In this document: positions 1 through 8,327 of the stretch, piece after piece | How positions within the stretch are numbered: the stretch's first letter is position 1 | Layout of the letters: every line of letters starts with the position of its first letter | Source of the DNA: a virus | Virus record (IMG/VR): IMGVR_UViG_3300033565_000007 | Location: 33-64,032 of that record | Direction: 5' to 3' (one strand) | Length of the DNA: 64,000 nt | Translations under genes and position numbers: made by a program | The notes under the pieces: generated by a model | Told to the model about the DNA's origin: nothing | Database searches by the model: none | Seen by the model: only the letters and a program-made list of their open reading frames with translations

Positions 1-90
1 GTCGGGAATTTCGCCGAGACCCTGCCTTCGAACAGCAGTCGCTATGTGACGCAGATGTACGAGCAGTCGAAGGCGATCGAGGAGGCCTAC
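1..90. repeat. Terminal direct repeat (assembly overlap of a circular genome), copy 1
   Basis: 1-90 is identical to 63911-64000, and the reading frame is continuous across the junction. Confidence 0.97.
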
Positions 91-345
91 AGCTCCTGGC
101 GCCACTACCTGAAGCTCGGCGACGTCGAAGGCGCGAAGGCGGTCCTTGACGAGAACAAGGACAAGATCGGGAAGTATCACGCCTTCCAGGTCGTGCAGCG
201 CAGCGAGGCGGCGATCAACGCGCAGATTCAGCGCATCGAGGCCGACAAGACGATGAGCGCGGAGAAGAAGCGGGAAGCGCTGGATAAGCTCTACCAGCAG
301 AAGGACAAGATGGCGCGGCTACTCGCCCCCACTGGGCTCAAATAG
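1..345 (+). CDS. C-terminal end of the giant polyvalent virion protein (continues from 54029 through the circular junction)
   Basis: Same frame as the ORF starting at 54029 once 63911 is mapped to 1; stop TAG at 343-345. Confidence 0.9.
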   Translation, partial: VGNFAETLPSNSSRYVTQMYEQSKAIEEAYSSWRHYLKLGDVEGAKAVLDENKDKIGKYHAFQVVQRSEAAINAQIQRIEADKTMSAEKKREALDKLYQQKDKMARLLAPTGLK

Positions 346-468
346 CACGCCCCAGCGGATGAGTTGAATGACGGCGCCGACGCCGCCAAGCGCGAAGCAG
401 ACGACGACGATGACGAGCAGGATCTGGTCGATCGAATGAATGACGTCGTTGAGCCGAACGGGTTTCAT
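319..468 (-). CDS. Possible 49-aa membrane protein (moron-like)
   Basis: MKPVRLND...ILLVIVVVCFALGGVGAVIQLIRW hydrophobic stretch; CTGCAA-17-TATCAT just upstream. It overlaps the 3' end of the giant gene. Confidence 0.3.
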   Translation of the reverse strand: MKPVRLNDVIHSIDQILLVIVVVCFALGGVGAVIQLIRWGVLFEPSGGE

Positions 469-660
469 AGGTCTATGATAGACGAAGAAACTTTTTCTTG
501 CAGGCGCGCGTAGGTTTAGGCTATCGCAATCAGATTCTGCTACCCTTGGCAGAGCGCGAGTATGATGACAGAATGAATAAGCAACGGGGTTTTTGGGGAA
601 CAACTCAGTTTTTGGGGAACAAAAAATGGCTTGCGATTGCTCGCAAACCATTGGTATTAC

Positions 661-708
661 TGGCTCCTCGACCTGGGCTCGAACCAGGGACCTACGGATT
701 AACAGTCC
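661..708 (-). mobile_element. attP: attP core = 3' half of a tRNA-Asn(GTT) gene
   Basis: Minus strand reads GGACTGTTAATCCGTAGGTCCCTGGTTCGAGCCCAGGTCGAGGAGCCA: anticodon arm with GTT, T-loop GTTCGA and CCA end. The 5' half is absent. It lies next to the integrase. Confidence 0.92.
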
Positions 709-784
709 ATGGGATAGTGCATATAAAAACAATAACTTAGATGCCGTTTTGTTCCCCAAAAGACCCCCTTATGCCTATTAATAG

Positions 785-797
785 AATCAATTGCTTA
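785..797 (+). promoter_or_regulatory. IHF-consensus site in attP
   Basis: AATCAATTGCTTA matches WATCAANNNNTTR; a near match lies at about 727-739. Confidence 0.55.
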
Positions 798-1262
798 GGA
801 AAAATTAGGGAACAAATTCGACCGGAATTGCACGTTATATTTGGGGTTGATTCTGGCGATGTATTCCTGTTCCATAACATCTAGCAACGAAGGTTCTACC
901 TCAATAAAAAGAAATTCATCCCAATCCGTGATGTTGTGCTTGCCGAGTCGCTGAAGAAGATCGACAGTCTGCCCGACATAAACGATTTCTCTAATCTCAT
1001 CATCAAGAATCTTGGATAAGAAATAGATTCCAGACGTTCTCTTTGAGAAGATGAAAGCACCCTCGTCTGCAAGTTCTTTGATTGTTGGAAATGGAGTTTG
1101 GGCTGTTTTCTTGTTGAAGCCATCGAGTACGTTTTTTGAAACGATGGGATGGCCGTTCGCATCCACCCAATGCTTGATGTTATTTGCATTCAACCACAAA
1201 ATTTGCGCTGCACATGTGGCGCACCCGGTGAATTCTGAAATCTGCTCGTGCGTGAGAAACAT
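795..1262 (-). CDS. DUF4224 (excisionase-like) domain fused to a GIY-YIG nuclease domain
   Basis: N-terminus MFLTHEQISEFTG...ILWLNANNIKHWVDANGHPIV resembles the 2275 ORF; C-terminus GIYFL...IVYVGQTVDLLQRLGKH...EQEYIARINPKYN. AT-rich. Confidence 0.75.
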   Translation of the reverse strand: MFLTHEQISEFTGCATCAAQILWLNANNIKHWVDANGHPIVSKNVLDGFNKKTAQTPFPTIKELADEGAFIFSKRTSGIYFLSKILDDEIREIVYVGQTVDLLQRLGKHNITDWDEFLFIEVEPSLLDVMEQEYIARINPKYNVQFRSNLFPNFS

Positions 1263-1271
1263 GATTTTCCT

Positions 1272-2285
1272 TTACCGCGTCGGCTTGACCAATTTGCCCT
1301 TGCGATTGCGCACGTAATGGGTCGTCATCGCCGAACTCTTGTGCCCTAACAGATGCTGCGCGGCGGCTATGCCGGACGCTTCCTCGACCTCTGTGGCGGC
1401 CTTGGCGCGCAGGTCCCTGAACTGGAAGTCGTTGAGATTGACCTTGGCCTCGCGGCGCGCGTCCTCGAAGCGGTTGTCGAGTGCCGAGGCGCTGAGCGCC
1501 TGCCCAGTCTCATTGACGACGAGGTTGAGCGAGCGGATCTTGTAGGTCGCCTTGCGCGCGGTGATCCGGTCGATGACTGCCTTGAGTTTGCCGACAATCT
1601 CGACGCGAACCTTGGCCTTCGTCTTGCCCTGCGTCACCCAGAGCGCGCCGTCCTTGATATCGGTTTCCTTGAAGCGCAGCGAGTCGCCCGGGCGCTGGCC
1701 GGCGAGCCAGGCCAGATCCATCGCGTCCTGCGTCGGCTGGTCGGCCTTCTCATAGACCTTGTCGAAGAGGGCGTCATCGATGTAGATATCGCGCCCGGCT
1801 CCTTTGTTGCGGCGCACGCCAGAGGCGGGGTTTTCGCGCGGCGTGTAGCCGGCTTCCCGGGCATGCGCCCAGATTGCTGAGAAGCAGCCGAGTTCCTGCG
1901 AAGAGTGCGTGTTCTTGCGCCAGTCGCGATAGAGCGCAATCCAATGCGGCTCGATATCGGCAAGCGCGGCCGGCGGCGCGTCGAAGTATTCATAGAGCTT
2001 CTTGACGTCGTAGAGGTAATCCTTTTGCGTTCGAAGGCTCTTGGCCTTGAACGCTTCCGACTTGAAATATTGCTCGGCGGCGTAGCGAAACGTGATGACA
2101 GTCGACGTATTGGACTTCGAGTTTCCGCCTTCGAGGTCGGCCCACTTCGCCACTGCGGCGACGTAGTCTTTGCCGAGGGCGATTTCGCGCGCGCCGTCGA
2201 AATAGTAGTAATAGGTCCCGCTTGACCGCACGCGCGCTTTCATGCGTGCTGGTAGGCTTATGTGGACTGAGCGTTTACGTCCCAA
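1272..2285 (-). CDS. int: Tyrosine integrase
   Basis: Catalytic motifs GQRPGD, FRDLRAK, LLGHKS..MTTHY. Likely TTG start at 2285 (MGRKRSVH); the track start at 2471 is probably too long. Confidence 0.95.
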   Translation of the reverse strand: MGRKRSVHISLPARMKARVRSSGTYYYYFDGAREIALGKDYVAAVAKWADLEGGNSKSNTSTVITFRYAAEQYFKSEAFKAKSLRTQKDYLYDVKKLYEYFDAPPAALADIEPHWIALYRDWRKNTHSSQELGCFSAIWAHAREAGYTPRENPASGVRRNKGAGRDIYIDDALFDKVYEKADQPTQDAMDLAWLAGQRPGDSLRFKETDIKDGALWVTQGKTKAKVRVEIVGKLKAVIDRITARKATYKIRSLNLVVNETGQALSASALDNRFEDARREAKVNLNDFQFRDLRAKAATEVEEASGIAAAQHLLGHKSSAMTTHYVRNRKGKLVKPTR

Positions 2286-2481
2286 GGACTGCGGGCCTCC
2301 AAGGTTTGCTCGCGACCGTCGCGCTAGGGCGGCCACCTTCGACGGCTGCCCGGCAGACGACAGGGCGACCGGCTGCGTTAAGATAGAACGGAATCCCCGA
2401 TTTGCGCAACTGCTCGATCTGCAGCGCTTTGTGGGCGCGGCCGGTGAGTTTTCGAACCTCGTCGGGCTCAAGGAAAGTCAT
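2275..2481 (-). CDS. xis: DUF4224-family excisionase-like protein
   Basis: MTFLEPDEVRKLTG...QIEQLRKSGIPFYLNAAGRPVV; overlaps the int start, the typical position. Confidence 0.75.
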   Translation of the reverse strand: MTFLEPDEVRKLTGRAHKALQIEQLRKSGIPFYLNAAGRPVVCRAAVEGGRPSATVASKPWRPAVLGT

Positions 2482-2497
2482 ATCCGGCTGTGAGGCG

Positions 2498-2902
2498 TTA
2501 GGCCTCGACCCCATTCGACGAATCACCTAGCATCTTGCCGATCGCCATCGTCGGGCCGATCCGCTCGCGCAGCGCTGCGTTCTCGGCTTCGAGCTCGGCG
2601 ACGCGGCCGGTTCGTTCGGCGGCCGGCGCCGGGATCAGCGCGCGGATCTGCTCGGCGCGCTTCTGCAGTTCCGTCCTGACGGCGACCTTCCAATGCGGCG
2701 CGGCGACGATGTCTGCGGCGCGCTCAAGCTGCGCCGCGAGTTGCGCGTTGGCCTTCTCAAGCCGCTCGTTGTTCTGCCAGGCGCATTCAAGCGCATCGGC
2801 AACATAGTTCCGCGCGACGCGAATAGTTCGATCGTCATGTCCGTGCGGGTTTCGAACGACGTGGAGGTAAAAACCGGCGTTGCTCACGGTGTTGTCGGTC
2901 AT
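2498..2902 (-). CDS. Hypothetical early protein (coiled coil)
   Basis: Start MTDNTVS overlaps the upstream stop; tightly packed operon. Confidence 0.6.
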   Translation of the reverse strand: MTDNTVSNAGFYLHVVRNPHGHDDRTIRVARNYVADALECAWQNNERLEKANAQLAAQLERAADIVAAPHWKVAVRTELQKRAEQIRALIPAPAAERTGRVAELEAENAALRERIGPTMAIGKMLGDSSNGVEA

Positions 2903-3573
2903 AGCAGATCTCCCTTCTCGACGGCCTTTGCCAGTGCCAAAACCTCGTCGAGAGTCGGCGCGGCTACGGCGAAGAAGCCGATCGGAGTGTTCGGGTACCA
3001 TTGCAGCGTCCAGATTTCGTCAGTGTCGATGGCGCGTTGCTTGGCTTCGTCATCCTGCCATGCGTATGTTTCCCCATTCTCGACGATCCAATGCTCAGCG
3101 CTTTCATACGCGTTCTTGTGGTCGTTGTGGTCCAGATGCAGCTCGGCTCTGTGCGCTGGGAAAACGCTGCCGTCGAGAGCAACGGCGCGCAAGCGTTCGA
3201 GTTCGTCGGGCAGCGCGCGGATGCGGTCGCTCAACGCCTGCAGAACCTCGTGCGGGTCGGGGTCGGTCGGCCTGAAGACCATCGTGCGGCCGTCGGCTGT
3301 CGTGATCGGTGCCGGATACAGCAGCGAGTGGACGCCGGTGAGCAGGCGCACCGCGGTGTCGACGCGGGCTCGGGCCTGGTCGCGCTCGGCGCGCAGAACG
3401 TCGATCTGCCGCAGCACCGTCTCCTCGAAATGGCACGGCGCCCAGTAGCCCGGAAAACGATGCTCCTCCAACACCGCCAGGCTTCGCACCATGCCGGTCT
3501 TCGGGCAGCAGTAGAACGCCGGGGGAGGAAGCCGCCTGTCGTGCGGCGCGATCTCACAAAGGTCAGTACGCAT
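2899..3573 (-). CDS. Hypothetical early protein with a module shared with 4644..4985
   Basis: ORF with SD-like upstream sequence; contains LLYPAPITT.DGR.MVFRP..DPHEVLQ.LSDRIRALPDELE. Confidence 0.75.
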   Translation of the reverse strand: MRTDLCEIAPHDRRLPPPAFYCCPKTGMVRSLAVLEEHRFPGYWAPCHFEETVLRQIDVLRAERDQARARVDTAVRLLTGVHSLLYPAPITTADGRTMVFRPTDPDPHEVLQALSDRIRALPDELERLRAVALDGSVFPAHRAELHLDHNDHKNAYESAEHWIVENGETYAWQDDEAKQRAIDTDEIWTLQWYPNTPIGFFAVAAPTLDEVLALAKAVEKGDLL

Positions 3574-3581
3574 AGGGGTTC

Positions 3582-3851
3582 TTACGTCAGGGACTGATCG
3601 GCTTTGCCGTCAGTGGGTTGGAGTGTGTGTTCTGCACGCGGCCGGTCGTCCAGCTTTGCCAGTGCTTCGAGCACGCAGTAGCGGCAAAAGTGGCCGGCGT
3701 TGCTGGCGCCGTTCTTCGACTCGATGACTTCGACCGTCAGTTCACTGTTTCCGCGCTTGACCGTGGCACTCAGGCGGTGCAGCGGGTTGCGGTCTTTGGC
3801 ATCGCGCTCGGCGATTTCCTCTTCGCAGTTGTCGCAGAAGTAGCGAATCAT
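3582..3851 (-). CDS. Small Cys-rich (CxxC...CxxC) protein
   Basis: MIRYFCDNC...HFCRYC. Confidence 0.65.
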   Translation of the reverse strand: MIRYFCDNCEEEIAERDAKDRNPLHRLSATVKRGNSELTVEVIESKNGASNAGHFCRYCVLEALAKLDDRPRAEHTLQPTDGKADQSLT

Positions 3852-3852
3852 C

Positions 3853-4086
3853 TCAGCCCCTTTCAATCTGCAACGGCCGCGACTCGGTGGCGCGCTGGAC
3901 CGCGCGTAGCGCACGGCGCCTGTCTGCCCGATTCCACACGTTCCCTGGGGTCCAGCGAAGCATCGTTTCCAACGATTCAACCAACTCGTAGTAAGTCTCG
4001 ACGATGCGCTGCGCGTCCTCGGCGTCGAGGGTCGGCATGTCGCCGTTGCCGGCGCACTCCCGCAGGGGGTCGAAGATGGTTTTCAT
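3853..4086 (-). CDS. Hypothetical protein
   Basis: Start MKTIFDP preceded by GAGGA. Confidence 0.5.
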   Translation of the reverse strand: MKTIFDPLRECAGNGDMPTLDAEDAQRIVETYYELVESLETMLRWTPGNVWNRADRRRALRAVQRATESRPLQIERG

Positions 4087-4096
4087 GGGCGAGTCC

Positions 4097-4267
4097 TCAC
4101 GCCGACCTATGCGGGACAACCGGGCGCCCGGCGCTCGGGTTGCGCTCGTATTCGGCGCACGCTTGCCAGTAGGCAACCCACGAGTGCTCCGGCAGTGCGT
4201 CGTTGACAGGTGTCTTCCAGCCTTTGGTCCGTGCCTTCTTCAGCCACTTCTTGTATTCGGTCTTCAT
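4097..4267 (-). CDS. Small hypothetical protein
   Basis: Start MKTEYKKW preceded by AAGGA. Confidence 0.45.
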   Translation of the reverse strand: MKTEYKKWLKKARTKGWKTPVNDALPEHSWVAYWQACAEYERNPSAGRPVVPHRSA

Positions 4268-4301
4268 CTCGAGTCCTTTCGTCGGTTCGGGTAAATCGTT
4301 G

Positions 4302-4604
4302 TTAAGTCGCGGGCTGATCGGGTTGTTGATCAACGGGTTGAGGTTGATTTTCTGCACGAACCAACTCGGCGCCGTTCGCCAGATAGTGTTCGAGTTCGTC
4401 GTCGGGGATCGACACGTAGCGGTAGCCCATGCCGTGCGCCGCTGTGCCGGCGGGGATGGTCACCGCATGGAACGGGGAACCCTTCAGCTCGCTGATGTAC
4501 TTCACATAGGCCAGGACCGGCGCCAACGTGGCGTGGATCGGCTCAGGGTTCGCAATGTCGCGCTGCTTGCGCAGGGTCTTGGCTAAGTCTCGAAACTGCT
4601 TCAT
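4302..4604 (-). CDS. Hypothetical protein
   Basis: Start MKQFRDL preceded by AAGGGA. Confidence 0.55.
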   Translation of the reverse strand: MKQFRDLAKTLRKQRDIANPEPIHATLAPVLAYVKYISELKGSPFHAVTIPAGTAAHGMGYRYVSIPDDELEHYLANGAELVRAENQPQPVDQQPDQPAT

Positions 4605-4643
4605 CTCAGTCCCTTTCACGGGTTCGGATAATCGGGCTTACGT

Positions 4644-4985
4644 TCAGCGCTGAACGGCTGCGCCGTCAGCGGGTTGGGGTGTGCTGGGCGCACGCAGCTT
4701 TTCCAGTTCGTCGGGCAGCGCGCGGATGCGGTCGCTCAGTTCCTGCAGCACCTCGTGCGGGTCCAAGCTCTTCGGCCTGAACACCATCTGGCGGCCGTCT
4801 GGCGTGGTGATCGGCGCTGGGTACAGCAGCGCGAGAATGCCGGTCAGCAGCTTCACGGCGCTGTCCAAGCAAGCCCGCTGATGGTCGCGCTCGACGCGCA
4901 GGCGGGTGAGTTCGTCTTCTATGCGTTTATTTGTTCGACGTAGTTCGCGAATTGTTGCGTGTGCTGCGTTAAGTGCGCTCATCAC
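4644..4985 (-). CDS. Hypothetical protein, paralogous module to 2899..3573
   Basis: Shares a module of about 65 aa; coupled to the upstream stop. Confidence 0.7.
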   Translation of the reverse strand: MMSALNAAHATIRELRRTNKRIEDELTRLRVERDHQRACLDSAVKLLTGILALLYPAPITTPDGRQMVFRPKSLDPHEVLQELSDRIRALPDELEKLRAPSTPQPADGAAVQR

Positions 4986-5587
4986 TTCTCTCCTTTCTGG
5001 TGCCGCTCGATGGCGGCGGTGCCGTCGCTTGCTACCAGTTCAATCTCTTTCAGATCGCTGGCACAAGTTTCGGTCCCCTTGCGTTTGTGAAGCGATAGCA
5101 AAATGTCGTCAATAGCCTTGAATTTCGCTCGCGCCTGCTCGATCAGCGCGTTCGCTGCGGCGAGTTTCTGCCGTACCGGTTCCGCGCCATGCCAGCTACC
5201 CGGTTCACCGGTCGCGCCTGAGCAAAGCTGATAGATTTCGGCCAGCGTTGCGTTCGCTGTTCTGGCTTCCTGCGCATGAATCTGCGCTTCCATTTTCAGG
5301 CGGTCACGCAAATCGCTAATCTCCTTGATCTGCTCGGTTTGCTGCTCGATCAGGTTCAGCTTGCCGGTCATGCGGGCTTCAATCAGTGCCCAGACAATTT
5401 CGTACTCGGGCCAGTCGTCTGCAACGCAAACAAAGTCGTGATTCTTTTTGCCGACACTCTTTCTTCCGCTCGTAATGGCATCTGCGATTTCGCCAAGCAG
5501 TCCGCGATAATGCGGAGTCAGGTACTCGAAGACATCTTCCCGCTTGAGAACGAGATAACGGTTTTCGCGCTTGAACACTTCGCTCAT
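4982..5587 (-). CDS. Hypothetical early protein
   Basis: MSEVFKRENRYLVLKR...FVCVADDWPEYEIVW type N-terminus plus coiled coil; ATGA-coupled. Confidence 0.7.
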   Translation of the reverse strand: MSEVFKRENRYLVLKREDVFEYLTPHYRGLLGEIADAITSGRKSVGKKNHDFVCVADDWPEYEIVWALIEARMTGKLNLIEQQTEQIKEISDLRDRLKMEAQIHAQEARTANATLAEIYQLCSGATGEPGSWHGAEPVRQKLAAANALIEQARAKFKAIDDILLSLHKRKGTETCASDLKEIELVASDGTAAIERHQKGEK

Positions 5588-6540
5588 GATTTCTCACCTT
5601 CCTTTCTCGCGGCGTCGATGGCAGCGTCAAGCTCACGGTCATCGTTCGCATCAAACAGCGGATAAAGCATCGCGTTTGTGTAGCCCTTGAGGAAGCGATA
5701 CCGCTCCGCATCCTTCATCGCTTCGTCCCGCTGCTCTCTTGCGTCATCGCGTTCTTGCTGGATGGTGCTGGTCGTCTCATGCAGGCTGTCGAAGTTGCGC
5801 TGAAGCTCGTCCCGCTGGCGCTCGGCTTCGTCCGCTCTATGCCGTGCATTTTCAAGCGCAGCGCATACTGCTTGCATCGCTCGGTCATGCTCGAATTTCT
5901 GGCTGGTTAGCTGGCGCTCGGCTTCGGTGAGCTTGGCTTCTGCAAGTTCGAGCGGCCCGTTGGCTTCCGTTTGCGCGTCGAACAAGCGAGCCTCAAGCTC
6001 GGCGCACCGCTCGCACGGCTTGGCGTGGTCGAATACTGGAAATGAATCTGGCGCGGGAGTTGGCAGATGATCAACGTACAGTCCGCCGAACTCTGTTTTC
6101 CGGTACAGGAATGCGACCGGCTCGGCATTGGCGCAGGGAGCAGGGGCGGCGCGGGATTTCTCCACGGTTTCTATGTGGTCGAACCCCCACCTTATCTTTT
6201 CATCGGCAACTTTCGGATCAATGAGGCAAAGCGTGTTAAATCCGCCGCAACCGACGTATGACGCGAGGCCACGAAGAACGTCGTCGTAGTCCTCGTTAAG
6301 TCGCTCAGCTTTTGCAATTCGCTCACCATTGCGGCAAGGATTGCAATGCGGGCAGAAGTCAGCGTTAGCGATCGGATCCTGCTTCGCCTCTTGCGCCGGC
6401 TGCTTGCACTCTGCTTCGATGGCGCGGGCAAAGTTCTGCACGCTGTATTGCCCGTCGCGATTAAACACAACCGCTCCTTTGACGACGTCGCCAAAATCAT
6501 TGGCGAGTTCCATGATTCGGCCTTCGGATAACGCGCTCAT
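5584..6540 (-). CDS. Mosaic coiled-coil early protein (Ead/Ea22-like position)
   Basis: Long ORF, translationally coupled on both sides. Confidence 0.65.
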   Translation of the reverse strand: MSALSEGRIMELANDFGDVVKGAVVFNRDGQYSVQNFARAIEAECKQPAQEAKQDPIANADFCPHCNPCRNGERIAKAERLNEDYDDVLRGLASYVGCGGFNTLCLIDPKVADEKIRWGFDHIETVEKSRAAPAPCANAEPVAFLYRKTEFGGLYVDHLPTPAPDSFPVFDHAKPCERCAELEARLFDAQTEANGPLELAEAKLTEAERQLTSQKFEHDRAMQAVCAALENARHRADEAERQRDELQRNFDSLHETTSTIQQERDDAREQRDEAMKDAERYRFLKGYTNAMLYPLFDANDDRELDAAIDAARKEGEKS

Positions 6541-6755
6541 TCCTCGCTCCATTCGTTCATGCCCTGCGTGACGATCCGCACGGAACCGGCTTTGGGCGGC
6601 GTGATTACATCGGCCATCGGCGCGAAGAGGACGACGGGCGCCGGCAGTGGGTGCTCGACGTAATACTCGGCGTAGGGAATACAGCGATCCGGGAGCGGCT
6701 CTGCAGGGTGCGGCGTGCGAAGACCGTTGTGGTTTTCAAAGTTGATGGTGGTCAT
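6537..6755 (-). CDS. Hypothetical protein
   Basis: Start MTTINF overlaps the upstream stop. Confidence 0.5.
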   Translation of the reverse strand: MTTINFENHNGLRTPHPAEPLPDRCIPYAEYYVEHPLPAPVVLFAPMADVITPPKAGSVRIVTQGMNEWSEE

Positions 6756-7369
6756 GGCGTGATCCTCCGAAACTCGACGCACCAAACCCACGGATTCGAA
6801 TCCCATGAGCCAGGGCCGTTGATCGCTTCCCACAGGCGGATGTACGCGGCTACTGCTGACTCGTGCAAAACACACTTGCCGTCATCCTCTTCGTGGGTGT
6901 AGCCGTTACAGAGCGGGAATCCGTCGTCAGGTCTGAGTGGATAGCAATTGATCCCCTCGGCGATCGCGTCGGACTCGCTAATGTCCTGCAGCCGCTCGAC
7001 GCGGATGCCGGTGACTTCGAGCGTGATGCGCGACAATCCTTGCGGGCAGAACATCGACGGCAGATAGGCGCGCTTCCACGGCCAAGCGTCTGCGACCGTT
7101 AGCGAGCCGTCAGTCTCATAGATAGAAAGAACGCGGCCAGTACCGTCGTCCGGCTCTTGGTCTGGCACAAGGCGAATAGCCTCTTTGACGTAGAGCCGGT
7201 CGCCGGGCTGGCCGTAGGGGCAAAATTGCGAGAGTTCGCAAATACTCCAGTGCTCTGGCCTCCCGTTTTTGTACGGCTGCGGCTTCACCGGGCGCCGCGT
7301 CTGCGTCTTCGTGCCGGCGAGGATCGCGCGCACCATCGGCGCCGAGAATAAAATCGGGCGTTCTTTCAT
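6752..7369 (-). CDS. Conserved phage protein (ASCH/PUA-like, MKERPILFSAPMVRAIL family)
   Basis: MKERPILFSAPMVRAILAGTKTQTRR...RITLEVTGIRVERLQDISE.DA.AEG...WDSNPWVW. Confidence 0.85.
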   Translation of the reverse strand: MKERPILFSAPMVRAILAGTKTQTRRPVKPQPYKNGRPEHWSICELSQFCPYGQPGDRLYVKEAIRLVPDQEPDDGTGRVLSIYETDGSLTVADAWPWKRAYLPSMFCPQGLSRITLEVTGIRVERLQDISESDAIAEGINCYPLRPDDGFPLCNGYTHEEDDGKCVLHESAVAAYIRLWEAINGPGSWDSNPWVWCVEFRRITP

Positions 7370-7863
7370 CGCTGGATCTCCCAGGCCTGCGGCTGCACGC
7401 TGTACCCGACGTAAAGCGGGTGTCCGGGCGTGCCGTCGCTGTTGATCTTCAAATAATTCGGAATCGCGCCGGCGCCGCGGATCAAGGCAAGGACCGCGTC
7501 GCCGCGTCCGTTCAACCTGCCGTGACCGCCCCATGCGCAGACGACAAGACCGGCGCCGGCGATTGATTCAAGGATGGCCGTGTCGTTGTCGGGGCCGACT
7601 GGATCGCCGTCGGAGTAGAGCGCCGACGGGTCGGTCGAGCGCAGCGCGAAGATGTTGGCGACGCGCAGACCGCCGAATCCCATCGCTCGCGCGCGGCGCG
7701 CGCAGCGCTCGACGGTCGGATCGTTCTCGACCTCGTCGGCCGTCGACGGATTGAGCATCACGAAGACGGCCGGCGCCTTCGTCTCGTCCCATACGCGCCA
7801 GAGCCGATAGCGGTAGCGCCGACATGGAGAGAAGGCGGCGCCAGTAGTTTCGAAGAGGCTCAC
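7366..7863 (-). CDS. DUF1643-family protein
   Basis: FSPCRRYRYRLWRVW...FVMLNPSTAD...DPTVERC...NIFALRSTDP...GTPGHPLY; GTG start. Confidence 0.85.
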   Translation of the reverse strand: MSLFETTGAAFSPCRRYRYRLWRVWDETKAPAVFVMLNPSTADEVENDPTVERCARRARAMGFGGLRVANIFALRSTDPSALYSDGDPVGPDNDTAILESIAGAGLVVCAWGGHGRLNGRGDAVLALIRGAGAIPNYLKINSDGTPGHPLYVGYSVQPQAWEIQR

Positions 7864-8327
7864 GATTTTCGCTCCGCAGGTTGCTCTTTCGGCGCCGGCA
7901 GCAGGTTTTTCGATTGCGCCTCTTCGAGCACGGTTCGCCCGCTCGGGAGCATGATCTGGCCGAGGAATGCGCCTTCGAAACTCAGAATGCCGGTCTCGAT
8001 CGCCGTTACCTGACCCTTGATCCAGTCGCGCAGAATCGAATAGACGGCGACGCCGCCGATCTCTTTGGCCTGGCGCTCGTGCTCGGTCCGCGATCGCTTC
8101 ATGCGCGACGGGTTGTACGGGTGCTCCTTGAGCCACGCCTGGGCGTAGCCGTTGATGCTGGCCTTGACGCTCACCGGGCGGCCGTGATGTTCGAACTGCA
8201 CGAGCAATTCGCCGGCGTCGAAGTCGAGCATGTGACCGAACTTCGAGCAGCCGAAACCGCGCAGGATCTTCTGCATGTCGGCGACGGCCTTCTCGCCGCT
8301 AGTGGCGCTTTCGTAGGGCAGTGGCAT
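7860..8327 (-). CDS. Conserved hypothetical phage protein
   Basis: MPLPYESATSG...LRDWIKGQVTAIETGILSFEGAFL; coupled to the MTase stop. Confidence 0.75.
   Translation of the reverse strand: MPLPYESATSGEKAVADMQKILRGFGCSKFGHMLDFDAGELLVQFEHHGRPVSVKASINGYAQAWLKEHPYNPSRMKRSRTEHERQAKEIGGVAVYSILRDWIKGQVTAIETGILSFEGAFLGQIMLPSGRTVLEEAQSKNLLPAPKEQPAERKS

Larger units (their letters stand above)
590..815. repeat. Integrase arm-type sites flanking the att core
   Basis: TTTTTGGGGAACAA at 590-603 and 609-622, inverted TTGTTCCCCAAAA at 749-761, and degenerate TTAGGGAACAA at 805-815. Confidence 0.8.

Noticed and set aside
661-708. Functional tRNA-Asn gene
   Set aside because: Only the anticodon arm to CCA is present; the 5' acceptor strand and D-arm are missing, so it is an att core.
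3190-4905. Repeat pair as a DGR template/variable repeat
   Set aside because: Differences are at all base types and largely synonymous; no reverse transcriptase in the genome.
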